A DNA stretch of 64,000 nt from the NCBI GenBank assembly GCA_012729505.1, contig JAAYDA010000019.1:234-64233 (forward strand), written 5' to 3'. Shown here piece by piece: positions 35,825 to 44,309 of this stretch (positions are counted from its first letter, which is position 1; each line of letters opens with the position of its first letter). This stretch comes from Syntrophomonadaceae bacterium (GTDB taxonomy: Bacteria; Bacillota; Syntrophomonadia; Syntrophomonadales; DTU052). Both the position numbers and the translations under genes were made by a program. The notes beneath the pieces were generated by a model. It had not been told where the DNA came from and made no database searches. It was given only the letters and a program-made list of their open reading frames with translations.

Positions 35825-36243
35825 TTTTGTCACTCCTTTTTTATTGCATTTTCTCCTGGACTGTGATAATCTGAGTTCAGTTTTTTTGAATGGTGTTTTG
35901 GTGATTGCAGGATTGACTGAGATAAATTGGTTTTCCTCCAAATATCACCCCTTTACATAATGGATTTGCGGTATTGGTGGCAGGGACACTGGGGACGTAT
36001 GTGCCTGGTGTGATAATACGTACAATATCCTCTACGGAAATTGTGATCCTTAATAAAATATATGTCAATTCTTGTCGAAGGTCATATCCGGTCATTGATA
36101 AGCAATTAAGCTTGTCTGACTAAAAGAGATGGTCTTTGGTTAGTTTTTTGTTTTTTATTTGGCCTAATTGCTCCGGATTTCACAAATCACCTGAATACGA
36201 AGGAGGGCTGTTGAGAACAGCCCTCCTTCTGTCGTAATATTCT

Positions 36244-37695
36244 TTATGGCATAACCGAGCCGGTTGTGGTTATGGTAACCGTCTCCTTTACCCCGTCCCA
36301 GGCCACATCAGCCCCCAGGGCAGTGCTGACAAACCTCAGAGGCACCAGGGTTCTGCCTTCCTTAATGACCGGCTTCACATCCAGCCGGACCTCTTCCCCA
36401 TTGACCAGGGCCCGGTTGCTGTCAGGAGAAAGCTCCACAGTAGTGCTGCCTTTTACCGCCGTTATCAGGCGGGTGTCATTATCCCAATCCACCTCTGCTC
36501 CCAATGATTCGAAAAGCCCGCGCATAGGCACCAAAACCCGGCCCTCCTGATTTATGGGCGGCACCTCAAAATATAAGCGCTCACCATCTATGTACACCGG
36601 GATCTGAGAAATGATCAATATAGCATTGGCGACCTTGCGTTCACTCCCGCCGGAAGGAGTATTTACCACTTTTTCTCCGGCATATAGGGTGGTGGAGCCG
36701 CCGCCATCCAATGCCATAGCATCCCGGGCACCCAGCTCCTTCATAAGGTCAGCCAAAGCCTCAAATCTCATACCCGCACTTCCGCTGGCATTACGGCCGT
36801 CTACCGTCACCAGCAGCAGATGATTATCAGCCGTTACTCCAATAGCGGAGCGAGGCTGAAGCTGATTCAGATTAGGCTGCAGATTAGTAAGATCCGGTTT
36901 TTGCACCTGTCCGTTCCGGACCAGCAGCGGCCCGCAGCCCAGCATGGCCTTAATATTCTCATAACCGGAAGGATAGTAGGTTGTAACCGATATCTCGTCC
37001 CCCACGGCCAGCTCCGCTATGTTGCCGCTGGTTCCCTGGTAAGACAACACATAGCCATCCTCCGGTATGGGAGCGTTGCCGTAATAAACCTCCTGGATAA
37101 CATCCTTGCCATTCTCCGGCCGGACCGTAAATTCAACCGAAGTCGGGGGAGTACCCGTCTCAGTGCCGTAATCCGGAGTATACAATATGAGCCCGATTCC
37201 GGTCTCATGATTTATAGCTTCGATATTAGACTGAGCAAAGCTTTTGGCTATGGTTAACACCGTATAAGGAGTAAAAATATCAATAAAGGGCGTATCATCA
37301 GCCAACAGCCCAAATGCCGCCGGATCTTTTACCCCCTTGCTGACAATGCGGCCCTCTAAAATGAAGGTATCCGTAGGGATGGCCCGCTTGGACATAACGA
37401 AAAATCCGCCGTTTATTCCTGCCACCGCCATATTATCTTTGGCCATGCCGCTAAGGGCTTGGGTAGTCCCCAGCCCCCCCTGAGCCATAACCAGCCTGGG
37501 CTCCACTCGGGTGTCACTGAGATCCGCCCTAACCACATTTACCACAATAGAACGCCCCTGGCTGTCCTCGCGAACCATAGACGTATATGTAACCCCCCGG
37601 TCCAACTGGACCGATTCCGCCAGACACGGTGCGGGAAATGCCATAACCATAACCATTAACATCAATACAATCTTACGAAAAACCTTAAATGACAT
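36244..37695 (-). CDS. secreted phosphodiester glycosidase (DUF2233) family protein with C-terminal copper-amine-oxidase-N-like stalk repeats
   Basis: It has a signal peptide (MSFKVFRKIVLMLMVMVMAFPAPCLA), then GINGGFF and LDGGGSTTL. The C-terminal VPMRGLFESLGAEVDWD and VPLRFVSTALGADVAWD are stalk repeats. Confidence 0.75.
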   Translation of the reverse strand: MSFKVFRKIVLMLMVMVMAFPAPCLAESVQLDRGVTYTSMVREDSQGRSIVVNVVRADLSDTRVEPRLVMAQGGLGTTQALSGMAKDNMAVAGINGGFFVMSKRAIPTDTFILEGRIVSKGVKDPAAFGLLADDTPFIDIFTPYTVLTIAKSFAQSNIEAINHETGIGLILYTPDYGTETGTPPTSVEFTVRPENGKDVIQEVYYGNAPIPEDGYVLSYQGTSGNIAELAVGDEISVTTYYPSGYENIKAMLGCGPLLVRNGQVQKPDLTNLQPNLNQLQPRSAIGVTADNHLLLVTVDGRNASGSAGMRFEALADLMKELGARDAMALDGGGSTTLYAGEKVVNTPSGGSERKVANAILIISQIPVYIDGERLYFEVPPINQEGRVLVPMRGLFESLGAEVDWDNDTRLITAVKGSTTVELSPDSNRALVNGEEVRLDVKPVIKEGRTLVPLRFVSTALGADVAWDGVKETVTITTTGSVMP

Positions 37696-37946
37696 AATAA
37701 CCTCCTCTTCAAATATCTGCGGCAAAACATCTGTCCCATAGTACTACGCTATGTGGATTGGATAATTACACTAATTCCAAAAATCGAAGTGTTTCCAGCA
37801 TACCCTGATTCAATTAAGCTATCAATGCCGGTTTTCAGAGGCCTTATGTCAATTTGAGGACCTGTCCCTCATTCCCGCGAATATTATCACCGGTCCGGGG
37901 AAATGCGAACATTTACCAATATTTCGGGCAATTAAACCCCAACAGT

Positions 37947-39257
37947 TTAAAAGAGAGTGTAAAAATCATGGGTAAAATAAAGCCGGCCTTCTCCATTGAC
38001 CGCCACCCCGGTTCCGCAATACTTAAGAGTTCCATTCAGAATCGCCTGGCGGTGTCCTTTAGAATTCATCAATTCTTCATGAGCGTTTATGGCGTTCTGT
38101 TGTCCCGCCGCAATATTTTCCGCCACCGTCATGTATGTATAGCCGGTTTTTTTCATTCGGTCCAGGACCGACTTTCCATCCAGGCTATCGTGGCTGAAAT
38201 AATTGCGTTTGGCCATATCCTCACTATGTAATCTGGCAATTGCCGCCACCTTATCATCATAAACGAGAGGTGTCACCCCTTGTCTGGCCCTGACCGCATT
38301 GGTCAAATCGAAAAGCTGCAATTCATTGGCTTTCAAAACACCGGGAGTCAAAACCGCCTCACTGCCTCCATAATCCCGGATGCTGTCGGCCCGGATCAGA
38401 ACAGACGTGACCTTGTTGTTGTCTTGAATATCAATAAACGCCGTCACCCTCATTCCCCCGGTGCTTATCTGCGCGGCAGTCGAAGCTAAGCTTATCCCCT
38501 CCTTGAACACCGTCCGCAAGGTGTCCCGGGTCATACCCGCTTTCAGCCTGCCGTCAAAAGTAAAATTAGCCGCATTAGTATAAACCGCCACAACTGAATT
38601 GTCTTTAATCCCGATTTGCAGGTAGCGGGCGTAGTTGGAATTATAAATATACCACTGGAACCCTGATTCACTTGGGTCTATCCTGGACGGCATACCCATC
38701 TGCCTGATCATCTCGTCTTTAGACTGGCCCGGATAAATCTGCTTATCTCCCACCACCAGGCCATGCCTGCCAGTCACCGCGACTTTATCCTCCAGGGCGG
38801 CAATTTTCGTATTTGCATCCCAGGAAACCTCCATATCCAGGCTTTCCGCCACCAACCTTAGCGGCACAAAGGTCCGGCCCGCCATGATTATCGCCGGACA
38901 ATCCAGCTGCTCCCGCCGGCCGTTAATCTCAGCGTAGCTGCTGCCGATTTTCAGCTCCACCGCCGTACCATCCTTAATTCCCTTTACCGTTCTGGCCTCT
39001 TCATTCCAGCTAACCTCCGCCCCCAACGCCTCAAAGATCACCCTCATAGGCAGCATTATCCGGTTATTAACTATTGAGGGACCCTGGTCGGAAACCAACT
39101 CCCTGCCCTTCAGCATGATTTTGGCCTCAGCCCCGGCCGCAAAACCGGAAAAGGCAGTCACCGCCAGAATCATAACAACTGCCGCCGCCACTGCCCCGAG
39201 CCCCAGCCTCTTCCGGGCTGTATCCCAGTCGCACCAGTAATCCCGTATCATAATCAA
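37947..39257 (-). CDS. secreted CAP/SCP (YkwD-like) domain protein with N-terminal copper-amine-oxidase-N-like domain
   Basis: It has a TM/signal region, the MLPMRVIFEALGAEVSW and FVPLRLVAESLDMEVSW stalk repeats, and a C-terminal CAP motif (HSEDMAKRNYFSH...GHRQAIL). Confidence 0.75.
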   Translation of the reverse strand: MIMIRDYWCDWDTARKRLGLGAVAAAVVMILAVTAFSGFAAGAEAKIMLKGRELVSDQGPSIVNNRIMLPMRVIFEALGAEVSWNEEARTVKGIKDGTAVELKIGSSYAEINGRREQLDCPAIIMAGRTFVPLRLVAESLDMEVSWDANTKIAALEDKVAVTGRHGLVVGDKQIYPGQSKDEMIRQMGMPSRIDPSESGFQWYIYNSNYARYLQIGIKDNSVVAVYTNAANFTFDGRLKAGMTRDTLRTVFKEGISLASTAAQISTGGMRVTAFIDIQDNNKVTSVLIRADSIRDYGGSEAVLTPGVLKANELQLFDLTNAVRARQGVTPLVYDDKVAAIARLHSEDMAKRNYFSHDSLDGKSVLDRMKKTGYTYMTVAENIAAGQQNAINAHEELMNSKGHRQAILNGTLKYCGTGVAVNGEGRLYFTHDFYTLF

Positions 39258-39529
39258 TACTCCTTTGCCCTGGCATTTATGAATATACTATAACATTTTT
39301 TAGGTTATGCGGCAGTTCTGCAGCTCAAGATTATGAACAAAACAGCTTGGGGAACATGTTCCGAATACATGGTATAGAATCACGTCATCATCCTTTTCGC
39401 CAAATAATATGTACTGCCGGTATATATGGGCCTTAGACTCAATATAAATATTTAGGGTATTTGTCGAATTTTTTCTGGAAATAGAGGTTATCATAACCAA
39501 ACAAATTATGATATATTTAGATTGAGACT

Positions 39530-40792
39530 ATGGATTATGAAGCGAGGGTGGTTAAATTGGTTGCGGATTCAGGCCTTCAAATTATAACCTTGGGAAACTT
39601 CGACCTGCGAAACGGCAATGGATCCCTGTTGGAGCCCAAACATAATCGATCTTATAAGATTATGGATCTCTTAAAGCTGTTTATTACATATAAAGATAAA
39701 AACATGATAGCCGATGCCATTGCCGAAAAGCTGTATCCCGAAAATGAGCTGCTGGACCCCAGAAACACATTGCGCACTCAGGTTTACCGTTTGCGCAAGA
39801 TGCTGGCTGAAATGGGGATTATGGACGACCCGGATGATGACCGTTATTGCCAGCTTAACTTTCAAAACGGATATTATGTCTTTTCTTTAAACGGCAACTG
39901 CAATCTTGATGTCGATTTATTCGAAAAGTACATTCAGAACGGCAATACCTTCAAGGACCAGGAGCCTGATCAGGCTATGGACTGGTATCGTAAGGCCCTG
40001 ACCCTTTATAAAGGGGAATACCTGCCGGATAATATGTACACCGAATGGGTCATCCCCACCAGAAACCGGTACCACAGACTTTACTTCCGGGCCTTGCTCC
40101 AGCAGCTGGACCTGCTGAAAAAAGATAACCTCGTCCAGGAAATTATAGAAACCTGTGAAGAGGCTTTTCAAATCGATCCTTACGAAGAAGCTGTTCAGGA
40201 GTACTATCTGGAATCACTGCTGATGCTGGGCCAGATTAAACAGGCCGCCAGCCACTATAAATACATAACCACCAAGCTGAATCAGGAATTGGGTATCAAG
40301 CCCTCCCCCGTTCTGCGGGAAATATATCAGGAAATCAAACGCAAAGCCATTCAGAAAAATGACATGAACTTTTTAGACATTATCCGCGACCTTCAGGAAG
40401 ATGAAGCCGTGGAAAGTGCTTTTGACTGTGATATGGAAGAATTTCGCGCCATTTACAACCTGGAAAAGAGAAAAAGCCTGCGTGATCCGGGCACCTCTTT
40501 TATCGGCTTTGTTTCCGCGCCTGCCGAGATCAGTCAATGGGAGCCCCGGGAGCTGAAAAGCTGTATGCAAAAGGTTAAGGGCATCCTCCTCTCTTCCCTG
40601 CGCCGCGGAGATGTGGTAACCCAGTGGAGCGAACGCACCGTTGTCTTTATTGTAACAGACACCTCCCCGGAGAGCCTGCCCTTCATATCTCGCCGGATCG
40701 AAAACCATTTCGACCGGGAAATTACTATAAAAAATGATGTGCCTTTAAGAATTGATTTTAAACAAATTGACGACAGCCAAGCCCTTCTGTAA
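39530..40792 (+). CDS. SARP/BTAD-family transcriptional regulator with a C-terminal degenerate GGDEF-like domain
   Basis: The N-terminus is an OmpR-type winged helix (..RNTLRTQVYRLRKML). The BTAD/TPR-like core has WYRKALTLYKGEYLPD. The C-terminal ~140 aa end in LRRGDVVTQWSERTVVFIV, which is RxxD plus 5 residues plus SERTV in place of GGDEF. Confidence 0.65.
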   Translation: MDYEARVVKLVADSGLQIITLGNFDLRNGNGSLLEPKHNRSYKIMDLLKLFITYKDKNMIADAIAEKLYPENELLDPRNTLRTQVYRLRKMLAEMGIMDDPDDDRYCQLNFQNGYYVFSLNGNCNLDVDLFEKYIQNGNTFKDQEPDQAMDWYRKALTLYKGEYLPDNMYTEWVIPTRNRYHRLYFRALLQQLDLLKKDNLVQEIIETCEEAFQIDPYEEAVQEYYLESLLMLGQIKQAASHYKYITTKLNQELGIKPSPVLREIYQEIKRKAIQKNDMNFLDIIRDLQEDEAVESAFDCDMEEFRAIYNLEKRKSLRDPGTSFIGFVSAPAEISQWEPRELKSCMQKVKGILLSSLRRGDVVTQWSERTVVFIVTDTSPESLPFISRRIENHFDREITIKNDVPLRIDFKQIDDSQALL

Positions 40793-40839
40793 TCATATAA
40801 CATAACCTTAAACAGCGCGGTAAACCCGCGCTTTTCTGC

Positions 40840-40932
40840 TTTTCATTCCCCCTTTCCCCCTTTCTCCTTTCCCCTCACCCCTTACCCCTTACCCCTTTCC
40901 CCTCACCCCTTTCGCCTCACTCCTCACTCCTT
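40840..40932. repeat. C-rich low-complexity tract (CCCTCAC/CCCTTAC/CCTTTC units), member of the mosaic repeat family
   Basis: ..CCCCTTTCCCCCTTTCTCCTTTCCCCTCACCCCTTACCCCTTACCCCTTTCCCCTCACCCCTTTCGCCTCACTCCTCACTCC.. Confidence 0.8.
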
Positions 40933-40937
40933 ACTTT

Positions 40938-40966
40938 TTGACAAGTAACGCAAATTGCGTTACAAT
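40938..40966 (+). promoter_or_regulatory. sigma-A-type promoter with embedded palindromic operator for the dinJ-like gene
   Basis: TTGACA, a 17-nt spacer, then TACAAT. The spacer holds the perfect palindrome GTAACGCAAATTGCGTTAC (40945-40963). Confidence 0.7.
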
Positions 40967-40988
40967 GTCGGCAAAAGGAGTTGATAAT

Positions 40989-41342
40989 ATGGAAAAGTCT
41001 ACGACCCTGAATCTACGGGTAAATCCTATGGTTAAGCAGCAAGCTGAGAATGTTTTGAAGCAGTTGGGGGTTCCTATGGCTACTGCTGTAGATATGTTTT
41101 TGCGCCAGATCACCCTGACCGGAGGAATTCCCTTTGACGTATCCTTGCCTAAAGCGCCTGCAACCATCAACGCAGATACTATGACGGTAGAGCATCTGCG
41201 TGCAGAGTTGATGGCAGGTTATGAGGATATGAGGCAGGGCAACACACAAGAGGCCCCTGACGCCTTTGCCAAGTTTCGGGAAGCGCACAAAGGTGGTGGA
41301 AGGTTTGGGCGGGAAGGCAAGGGAGAAGATCGAAATGCTTAA
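40989..41342 (+). CDS. RelB/DinJ-family antitoxin
   Basis: RBS AAAGGAG precedes the start. MEKSTTLNLRVNPMVKQQAENVLKQLGVPMATAVDMFLRQI is the DinJ ribbon-helix-helix pattern. Confidence 0.7.
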   Translation: MEKSTTLNLRVNPMVKQQAENVLKQLGVPMATAVDMFLRQITLTGGIPFDVSLPKAPATINADTMTVEHLRAELMAGYEDMRQGNTQEAPDAFAKFREAHKGGGRFGREGKGEDRNA

Positions 41343-41607
41343 CCAAATATCATCAATTCGTGAAGAACTGGCTAATAATTTTACCGTTAAACGCATTGGA
41401 ATTTTCGGCTCATTTGCCCGAGGCGAGGAAAATGCCGAAAGTGATGTAGATATTATCGTTGAGCTTGATGAGCAAACCTTTGATCACTATATGGATTTAA
41501 AATTCCGGCTGGAAGAAGTGCTGCAGCGTCCAGTAGACTTAGTAATTGCCGATACTGTAAAGCCACGCCTTAAAGCGATTATTGAGCAGGAGGTTATCTA
41601 TGCCTAG
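41335..41607 (+). CDS. minimal nucleotidyltransferase (MNT, HEPN/MNT-type antitoxin-like)
   Basis: It has the GIFGSFARGEE..SDVDIIV motif. The start ATG 41335 overlaps the dinJ-like stop by 8 nt. No HEPN gene follows. Confidence 0.8.
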   Translation: MLNQISSIREELANNFTVKRIGIFGSFARGEENAESDVDIIVELDEQTFDHYMDLKFRLEEVLQRPVDLVIADTVKPRLKAIIEQEVIYA

Positions 41608-41609
41608 AG

Positions 41610-41815
41610 ATTCCCTCCATTACCCTCACCCCTCACCCCTCACCCCTCACTCCTCTCGCCTCACCCCTCCCGCAGTAACACGTAGTTAGTTCCACTTGCT
41701 CCCGGAAAGAGATTAAGGAATTAAGGAAGTTCGACGCTCCACGTCGAACCAAGCGAGGAGCACAAATCTCTTAACAAGATTTGGCTCCCGCCTGCCTCAC
41801 CCCTCCGCCTCACTT
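41610..41815 (+). repeat. mosaic structured repeat: C-rich tract + inverted M2 fragment + M1 double hairpin + C-rich tract
   Basis: M1 is GGAATTAAGGAAGTTCGACGCTCCACGTCGAACCAAGCGAGGAGCACAAATCTCTTAACAAGATTTGGCTCCCGCCTG (41717-41794). Related copies lie at 47294, 55848(-), 58503(-) and 63525. Confidence 0.85.
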
Positions 41816-41827
41816 TTCCATGTGCTC

Positions 41828-41930
41828 CTCCTGTGCCTGTTATGTACACTAAAAAAAATTAATAAAAAATTAACATGTGATTCTCTTGTATCTATCCTTG
41901 CAATTCCCCTATGTGATAGTAGGTTATGGT
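41828..41930 (+). promoter_or_regulatory. conserved ~105-nt upstream element (copy 1) with three ATGTRMW direct repeats spaced 33 and 36 nt
   Basis: It aligns with 49201-49305. The repeats are ATGTACA at 41842, ATGTGAT at 41875 and ATGTGAT at 41911. TTGCAA lies between the last two. Confidence 0.4.
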
Positions 41931-41955
41931 ACCAGATAAGCCAGGAGGGTTTAAG

Positions 41956-42165
41956 ATGCCTGATCAATATTGCATACAAGGTTGCACTCATGGGAAGGGA
42001 AACTTCCTTCTTAAAATCCTGTATACGCAAAACGACGATATCCAAGGCACAATTCAATGGCTGGAAGAAGAGAGAACCGTGAATTTTCGCAGCTTCTTAG
42101 AGTTAACCGCCCTCCTATATGAGGCGGTAGGCTTGATAGAAAGTCCACCGGTCTCTCATCCTTAA
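41956..42165 (+). CDS. small cytoplasmic protein (69 aa) heading the fibre operon; unknown function
   Basis: RBS CCAGGAGGG lies 6 nt before the ATG. GNFLLKILYTQNDDIQGTIQWLEEERTVNFRSFLELTALLYEAV resembles a small-protein family I recall next to sipW/tasA-like genes in Clostridia. That recollection is unverified. Confidence 0.4.
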   Translation: MPDQYCIQGCTHGKGNFLLKILYTQNDDIQGTIQWLEEERTVNFRSFLELTALLYEAVGLIESPPVSHP

Positions 42166-42228
42166 AGATATATTGGACAGCAGCTTTAAGTAACGCAACC
42201 AATTATTAGCCCGAAAGTGAGGTACTGC

Positions 42229-42885
42229 ATGATGAAGAAGGAAGGAACCGAAAACATTAATACCCCCGCCAAGCTCCTGAAAATTGCGGCTACCGGTGTG
42301 ATGATAATAGCCTTTACCGCTGGTTCTTTACACCTGGCCACTACCCAATCTTATTTTACCGACAAAGAAACAGGCTTCGCCTCATTTACTCTGGAGGTAA
42401 AACACTCTCAGCATAATTTAGCCGAGCAACTGGACCTTGGGACTAGCAGCACTCCCGGTGAAGAACCAAGCGCTCCCAGCGGAGGCTCAGTCAACCCCGG
42501 CAATGACGGCGACACCGGCGGAGGCGACAATGACGGCAACCCCGACACTGGCGACAACGACGGCGACACCGGCGGAGGTGACAATGACAGCAATACCGGC
42601 GGAGGCGACAACGACGGCAACACCGGCGGAGGCGACAACGACGGCAACACCGGCGGAGGCGACAACGACGGCAACACCGGCGGAGGCGACAGCGGTAGCA
42701 CCGGCGACAGCGGTAGCACCGGCGACAGCGGTAGCACCGGCGACAGCGGTAGCACCGGCGACAGCGGTAGCACCGGCGACAGCGGTAGCACCGGCGATAG
42801 CGGTGGCGGCAGCGACAGCGGTGGCGGCAGCGACGGCGGTGGCGGTAGCGACGGCGGCGGCGGCAGCGACGGCGGCGGCGAATAA
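42229..42885 (+). CDS. secreted protein with SipW-type signal peptide followed almost entirely by Gly/Asp/Asn/Ser/Thr repeats
   Basis: A TM segment is followed by ATTQSYFTDKE, like the SipW-cognate signal motif. A short strand GFASFTLEV comes next. The rest is (GDNDGNTGG)n, (DSGSTG)6 and (GGGSD)n. Confidence 0.6.
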   Translation: MMKKEGTENINTPAKLLKIAATGVMIIAFTAGSLHLATTQSYFTDKETGFASFTLEVKHSQHNLAEQLDLGTSSTPGEEPSAPSGGSVNPGNDGDTGGGDNDGNPDTGDNDGDTGGGDNDSNTGGGDNDGNTGGGDNDGNTGGGDNDGNTGGGDSGSTGDSGSTGDSGSTGDSGSTGDSGSTGDSGSTGDSGGGSDSGGGSDGGGGSDGGGGSDGGGE

Positions 42886-42901
42886 GGAGGCATCCCTGTA
42901 A

Positions 42902-43516
42902 GTGGCTGAGAACGAACAAGCAACCCCGGCGGAGCCAAAAAGAACCGGGTTGGAAAAAGCACTGAAAATAATAGGCAATGTAGTTTGGGGTCTGCTTCTC
43001 ATACTTATAGCCATAAGCATATTCTTCTTCGTACAGTACAAGATAACCGGCGGAACTCCCCAGATACTGGGGCACCGGATGTACATAGTTTTAAGCGGCA
43101 GTATGGAACCGGCGTTCAGTCCCCGCAGCCTGATTTTTGTTAAACCGATGGAGCCGGAGGAGATTCACGAAGGAGACATTATCACCTTCACCGGTGCCCA
43201 GGCCAATAGTAAAGACCTTACCACCCATCGGGTAATAGAGATTGAACGGGATGAAGCAGGGCAGTTAAGCTTTGTTACCAAGGGCGACGCCAATGACGTC
43301 AACGATCCCTACCCGGTACCCGGTGACAGGCTGATAGGCAAAGTAAACCTGGCCCTGCCCTTTCTGGGAGCGGTTATGGACTTTGCCCAGACAAAAGAAG
43401 GAATCTTGGCCTTGATAATTGTCCCCGGCGTTCTCCTCATAGGCATTGAGGCCCGAGGTATTATAGGTAACCTGGCTAAAAAGCCGGAACCGGATAACCC
43501 TGATGATGAAGTTTGA
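42902..43516 (+). CDS. sipW: signal peptidase I, archaeal/SipW type
   Basis: It has an N-terminal TM, the catalytic SGSMEP, THRVIE and KGDAND, and a C-terminal TM. RBS AAGGAGG lies 10 nt before the GTG start. Confidence 0.85.
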   Translation: MAENEQATPAEPKRTGLEKALKIIGNVVWGLLLILIAISIFFFVQYKITGGTPQILGHRMYIVLSGSMEPAFSPRSLIFVKPMEPEEIHEGDIITFTGAQANSKDLTTHRVIEIERDEAGQLSFVTKGDANDVNDPYPVPGDRLIGKVNLALPFLGAVMDFAQTKEGILALIIVPGVLLIGIEARGIIGNLAKKPEPDNPDDEV

Positions 43517-43532
43517 TGGAAGGAGAGAAACT

Positions 43533-44189
43533 ATGAAAAGGAAGATACTGTTTGGATTTCTGTTAATTAGCCTTCAGAGTTTTATGGTAGGAGGCGGCAC
43601 CATGGCTTACTTTACATCCGATGCCACTCTCGCTTCCACTGCTTTTAATTTCAGTACAGTGGACATAAAAATCGTAGAACCCGCTGCTCCCCAGTGTGGC
43701 GGCGGTGGCGGCCAGCAGAGCGCCGCATGGGAAATCACAAATGTCGGAGATCAGGATGTTCAGCTTCGGGTGAAGGTAACAGGGAGATTTGAAAATAATG
43801 AACTCAATACGATGGATACGGAAGAGATAGTTAATCTTACTGGTGAAGCCGACCTCATGAAAGGACCAGGAGGACCAGGAGGACCAGGAGGACCAGGAGG
43901 ACCAGGAGGACCAGGAGGTCCAGGAGGTCCAGGAGGTCCGGGAGGGCCAGGAGGGCCAGGTGGTTCATCCGAGCCTCCCACAGTTGATCTGGTGCCTTGT
44001 AATGGCTGGTATTTAGAAAACGGGTACTATTATTACGATGGTATATTACCCATGGGTGACTCGGTTCCCTTTAGTCTCACATTGAATAAAAGCGGAGGCA
44101 GCACAGGCACCTACAACTATAATCTTGATATCGAAGCCCAAGCCTTGCAGACCGTTAATGAGCCCCAGTGGACAGACGTCAGCTTTTAA
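43533..44189 (+). CDS. TasA/camelysin-like secreted protein with internal (GPG)n linker
   Basis: It has a SipW-type signal ([12 protein letters not shown]). It contains the run GPGGPGGPG... (ten GPG units). The C-terminal [12 protein letters not shown] is like the TasA-family end motif. Confidence 0.65.
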   Translation: MKRKILFGFLLISLQSFMVGGGTMAYFTSDATLASTAFNFSTVDIKIVEPAAPQCGGGGGQQSAAWEITNVGDQDVQLRVKVTGRFENNELNTMDTEEIVNLTGEADLMKGPGGPGGPGGPGGPGGPGGPGGPGGPGGPGGPGGSSEPPTVDLVPCNGWYLENGYYYYDGILPMGDSVPFSLTLNKSGGSTGTYNYNLDIEAQALQTVNEPQWTDVSF

Positions 44190-44309
44190 TTGCAGGAGAC
44201 ACCCCTTATTATAAATTTTTAGAAATCATAGATTTTTCTACAGTCCAGGGTTCTCTAGTATGCCAAACTTGAAAGGAGGCGAGATACTACTACATATTAT
44301 TCCCCCGAA

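Noticed and set aside
42408-43086. Three long antisense ORFs (184-199 aa, Pro/Leu/Ser-, Ala/Val- and Arg/Cys-rich) and a sense-strand alternative frame (42437-42901) over the Gly/Asp repeat gene
   Set aside because: They are frame artefacts of a GC-rich trinucleotide-periodic repeat, in which any frame stays open. They have no RBS and a nonsensical composition. The sense frame has a signal peptide and operon context.
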